Positions 61,077 to 64,000 of a stretch of DNA of 64,000 nucleotides are shown here, one piece after another. Made by a program: the position numbers and the translations under genes. Position 1 is the stretch's first letter; each line of letters starts with the position of its first letter. The DNA comes from Phycisphaerae bacterium (GTDB lineage Bacteria > Planctomycetota > Phycisphaerae > UBA1845 > Fen-1342): positions 192,001 through 256,000 of the forward strand of contig CAXXWX010000006.1 in NCBI GenBank assembly GCA_963675745.2, in the 5' to 3' direction. Below the pieces are notes generated by a model. That model was not told the DNA's origin. It saw nothing but the letters and a program-made list of their open reading frames with translations, and made no database searches.

Positions 61077-62390
61077 ATGCGAGTGTCAAACGTGACCGGC
61101 AACGAACCTGAATACGCCGTACCTGGGCCCGCACGGGTGCCGGTGAGTGACTATCCGGCACAGATGGCCCCGATTCCGCCATCGCGGATGTTCATCGTCA
61201 AGAACTCGCTGAATGCCTTTCGCGAGCGTTTTCCCGAGCGCGAGACATTCAATGCCTCGCAGGGCGATGGTGGCGCCAGCCTGCCCGGCGTGCCGGCGGA
61301 GCTGCTCGAAGCGGCTCACAGAATGCAGGTGGACCACGGGACCGCCTACGATCTGCCAGGCGGCTGCGCTGAGTTCCGGCGGGCGGTTGTCGAGGACTAC
61401 TGGCAGGCCACTACCGACACGCGGCTGACGCCCGATAATGTGCTCGACGGCGCCGGCGGCCGCGATGTGCTCGTGAAGGCCTTCGCTGCGATGCTGAGCC
61501 TCGGTGCCGGACGCGTCGGCGACGTTGTCGTCACCAGCCGCGTCCCATGGATCAGCTACAACTGGGGGCCGTATGGCGTCGGGGCGAACGTCATGCACGC
61601 GCCCGGTGACGCCGCCGATGGCTGGGCCCACACGCCTGACGGAATTCAAGCTTGTGTAAACCTGGCGGCGCGCGAGGGCCGAGAAGTTGCCGGCGTTGTG
61701 ATCACAAGCCCCGACAATCCCACCGGCAGAACGCTGAGCACGGATGAGCAGGTGGCGCTGGGAAAGGCCGCACTGCGCGCGGGTGTGCGCTTTGTGCTGT
61801 ACGACTGGATCTATCACTGGGTCACCGACGATGCCCCGACTGACATAAACGCGTTTTTGCCACAGTTCGACGTTGATGAACGCCGGCGCATCATGATCAT
61901 GGACGGCATCACCAAATCGCTCGGCGGCTCGAACATCCGAAACGCGCACCTGATCGCACCCACCGAGGTCGTCCGCTTCATTCAGAATCGCGCATCCCAC
62001 GGCGTAATCCCGAGTTTCCACAGCCAGGCGGTTGCCATCGCGGCGTTTCGTGCAGGAATGGCCAAAGCGGCGGCCGGCATCATCGAACCCACTAGACAGA
62101 GCCGCCAACTTGTCCGAGAGTTCGTGGCGCACCGCGACATGAATGCCATCATTGGCCAGGGGTACTACGCACTGATTGACGTCACGCGTTGGCTGCGCGC
62201 CGCCGGCATGGCCGACAGCGAGGCGCTCGGAGCCCATCTTGCCGAGAACCACGGCGTGGCCGTTGTGCCGGGCGTGTTTTTCTCGAAGCATGGCAAAGAC
62301 TGGGTGCGTTTCTCATACGCGATGCCGCCCGACCACACCAAGGGGGCGCTCGAGCGTCTTTGGGAAGGGTTGTGCGCCCTGGAATCTTAG
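61077..62390 (+). CDS. PLP-dependent aminotransferase class I/II (start uncertain)
   Basis: TSPDNPTG, YDWIY, DGITKSLG...IR, GVAVVPG and VRFSYA motifs. Confidence 0.85.
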   Translation: MRVSNVTGNEPEYAVPGPARVPVSDYPAQMAPIPPSRMFIVKNSLNAFRERFPERETFNASQGDGGASLPGVPAELLEAAHRMQVDHGTAYDLPGGCAEFRRAVVEDYWQATTDTRLTPDNVLDGAGGRDVLVKAFAAMLSLGAGRVGDVVVTSRVPWISYNWGPYGVGANVMHAPGDAADGWAHTPDGIQACVNLAAREGREVAGVVITSPDNPTGRTLSTDEQVALGKAALRAGVRFVLYDWIYHWVTDDAPTDINAFLPQFDVDERRRIMIMDGITKSLGGSNIRNAHLIAPTEVVRFIQNRASHGVIPSFHSQAVAIAAFRAGMAKAAAGIIEPTRQSRQLVREFVAHRDMNAIIGQGYYALIDVTRWLRAAGMADSEALGAHLAENHGVAVVPGVFFSKHGKDWVRFSYAMPPDHTKGALERLWEGLCALES

Positions 62391-62518
62391 ACCAGTTTCA
62401 ACAGAGGTCGGTCACCTGGCAGCGTGCCACGGCTCTGTGAGCCGTGAGGTTCCACGTTATAAGCGCCCTGCTCATAGAGTAGTGGCACGCCGGGCCGATT
62501 CCGGAGGCGTTCTGGCCG

Positions 62519-64000
62519 CTATTGACGGCGTTTCTTCGACACGAACTCGCGGATTCTGTCGAGCGGCCACGTGTTGAGCACGTCGGCCGTCCGTAGACCA
62601 GCACGGCGGGCGGTCATCACGCCGAACTTCATGTCTTCGAAGTCGTCTGTGTTGTGTGTGTCGGTGTTGACTGAGACAACCGCACCCAGCTCGTGGGCCA
62701 GGCGGGCATGCGTGTCCTTCAGGTCCAGCCGATATGGTGAGGCGTTGATTTCAAGGGCGGTACCGGTGCGGGCGGCTTCCGCGCAGATGGCCTCGATGTC
62801 GAGCGGCATGGCCTCGCGACGATTGAGCAGCCTGCCGCTGGGATGTCCGATGACATTGACATACGGATTCCTCATGGCGGCCAGCGTGCGCTGCGTGTTG
62901 ACCGCGACGTCCCGCCCCATGCCGTAGTGGATCGAGGCCACCACAAAGTCAAGCTGGGCCAGCAGATCATCAGGGTAATCAAGCCGACCCTCGGCCAGGA
63001 TATCAACCTCGGCGCCGATCAGGACCGTGATCTCAGGGTTCTGGCGATCCGCATCGCGCACGGCGGCGATGTGTTCGCGCATGCGCTCGGCCGAGAGACC
63101 GTTGGCAATCGTGCTGGACCCGGAGTGGTCGGTGATGCAGATGTATTCATAGCCGCGCCGCCGGGCGGCATCGGCCATCTGCGCCGGCGTCGCCGTACCA
63201 TCGCTGGCCGTCGTGTGCATGTGCAGGTCGCCGCGGATGTCTGCCAACGTGAGCAGGTCGGCGGGAATTTCGTCGAGTTCGAACTCGAAGCGGTCTTCAC
63301 GAAACTCGGGCGGGTAGCACGGCAGGCCCAGGGCCGCATAGATGTCGGCCTCGTCGCGCGAGGCGATCACGCGGTCACCTTCGCTGAGCCCGTACTCGTT
63401 CAGCGACCAGCCACGCTTGACGGCTAACTCGCGCAACCGCACGTTGTGCGCCTGGCTCCCGGTGAAATACTGCCATGCCGCCCCAAACGATTCCTCGGGC
63501 ACGACGCGCAGGTCAATCTGAATCGTCCGCCGCGGGCGATATTCGTAAAGCACCGAGCCCTTGGTCGCCCCGGCGGCCAGCACCTGCGTCACGCCGCTCA
63601 GTTCCGTGAAGCGCTTGATGATCGACGCACCATCGTCGCTTGCGCACAACAGGTCCAGGTCGCCGACGGTCTCGCGCCCGCGACGCAGCGAACCCGCGTA
63701 CTCAACGCGCCCCGCGCCGGCGAATCCGCGCGCAGCATCACAGAGCTGTTCCGCCACCCTCCGCGCGGTGCCGATCAAACGACGGCCGGCACTGCTTTCG
63801 AGAAACGTGATCCCCTGGCGGATCTGTTCGATACTCTTCTTTCCGAAACCCTTGAGGCCGGCCAGGCTGTCCGTGTCGATCGCGTTTTTCAGGTCGGCTA
63901 TGGACGATATCCGGCGCTCGCGCCATAGGACGGCGACCTTCTTGGGGCCGACGCCGGGGATCTTCAGCAGCTCCAACAGCGATTCGGGGACTTCGTCTAT
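62519..64000 (-). CDS. polX: DNA polymerase X / PHP 3'-5' exonuclease, 5' end beyond window
   Basis: [39 protein letters not shown] and NTDTH motifs. Confidence 0.94.
   Translation of the reverse strand: MDEVPESLLELLKIPGVGPKKVAVLWRERRISSIADLKNAIDTDSLAGLKGFGKKSIEQIRQGITFLESSAGRRLIGTARRVAEQLCDAARGFAGAGRVEYAGSLRRGRETVGDLDLLCASDDGASIIKRFTELSGVTQVLAAGATKGSVLYEYRPRRTIQIDLRVVPEESFGAAWQYFTGSQAHNVRLRELAVKRGWSLNEYGLSEGDRVIASRDEADIYAALGLPCYPPEFREDRFEFELDEIPADLLTLADIRGDLHMHTTASDGTATPAQMADAARRRGYEYICITDHSGSSTIANGLSAERMREHIAAVRDADRQNPEITVLIGAEVDILAEGRLDYPDDLLAQLDFVVASIHYGMGRDVAVNTQRTLAAMRNPYVNVIGHPSGRLLNRREAMPLDIEAICAEAARTGTALEINASPYRLDLKDTHARLAHELGAVVSVNTDTHNTDDFEDMKFGVMTARRAGLRTADVLNTWPLDRIREFVSKKRRQ

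Overview
GC-rich bacterial DNA, most likely Planctomycetota (Phycisphaerae-like). This is inferred from the dockerin-like C-terminal tails, a PEP-CTERM protein, many lipoproteins and the style of the REP palindromes. Most of the window is housekeeping or metabolic: lutABC, gcvH/PA/PB, pyrK, pcm, ychF, ribE, pdxA, obgE, coaX, nfo, maf, a sigma70 factor, glgX and polX. It also holds several secreted proteins and one intact IS1380-family element with 16-bp IRs and a 4-bp TSD. The most striking feature is an apparently extracytoplasmic AmmeMemoRadiSam system at 10.9-14.7 kb: a Memo-AMMECR1 fusion with a signal peptide, a Tat-signal DUF362 protein and a radical SAM enzyme that itself carries a Tat-like leader hidden behind a 1-nt frameshift. 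A probable partner locus at 49.3-57.4 kb encodes a membrane spermidine-synthase-like protein, a periplasmic DUF6599-like protein, a second Tat DUF362, a membrane polyferredoxin, a methyltransferase and a GTDC1/QTMAN-like glycosyltransferase. Other notable items are a candidate ~108-nt sRNA/leader with promoter and terminator upstream of pyrK, a degenerate NtrC-like regulator, a GTAG-type REP family with one copy inside a CDS, and a palindrome array before coaX. Two clear 1-nt frameshifts and one possible one suggest read/assembly indel errors. All family assignments come from motif recognition by eye; no searches were run.
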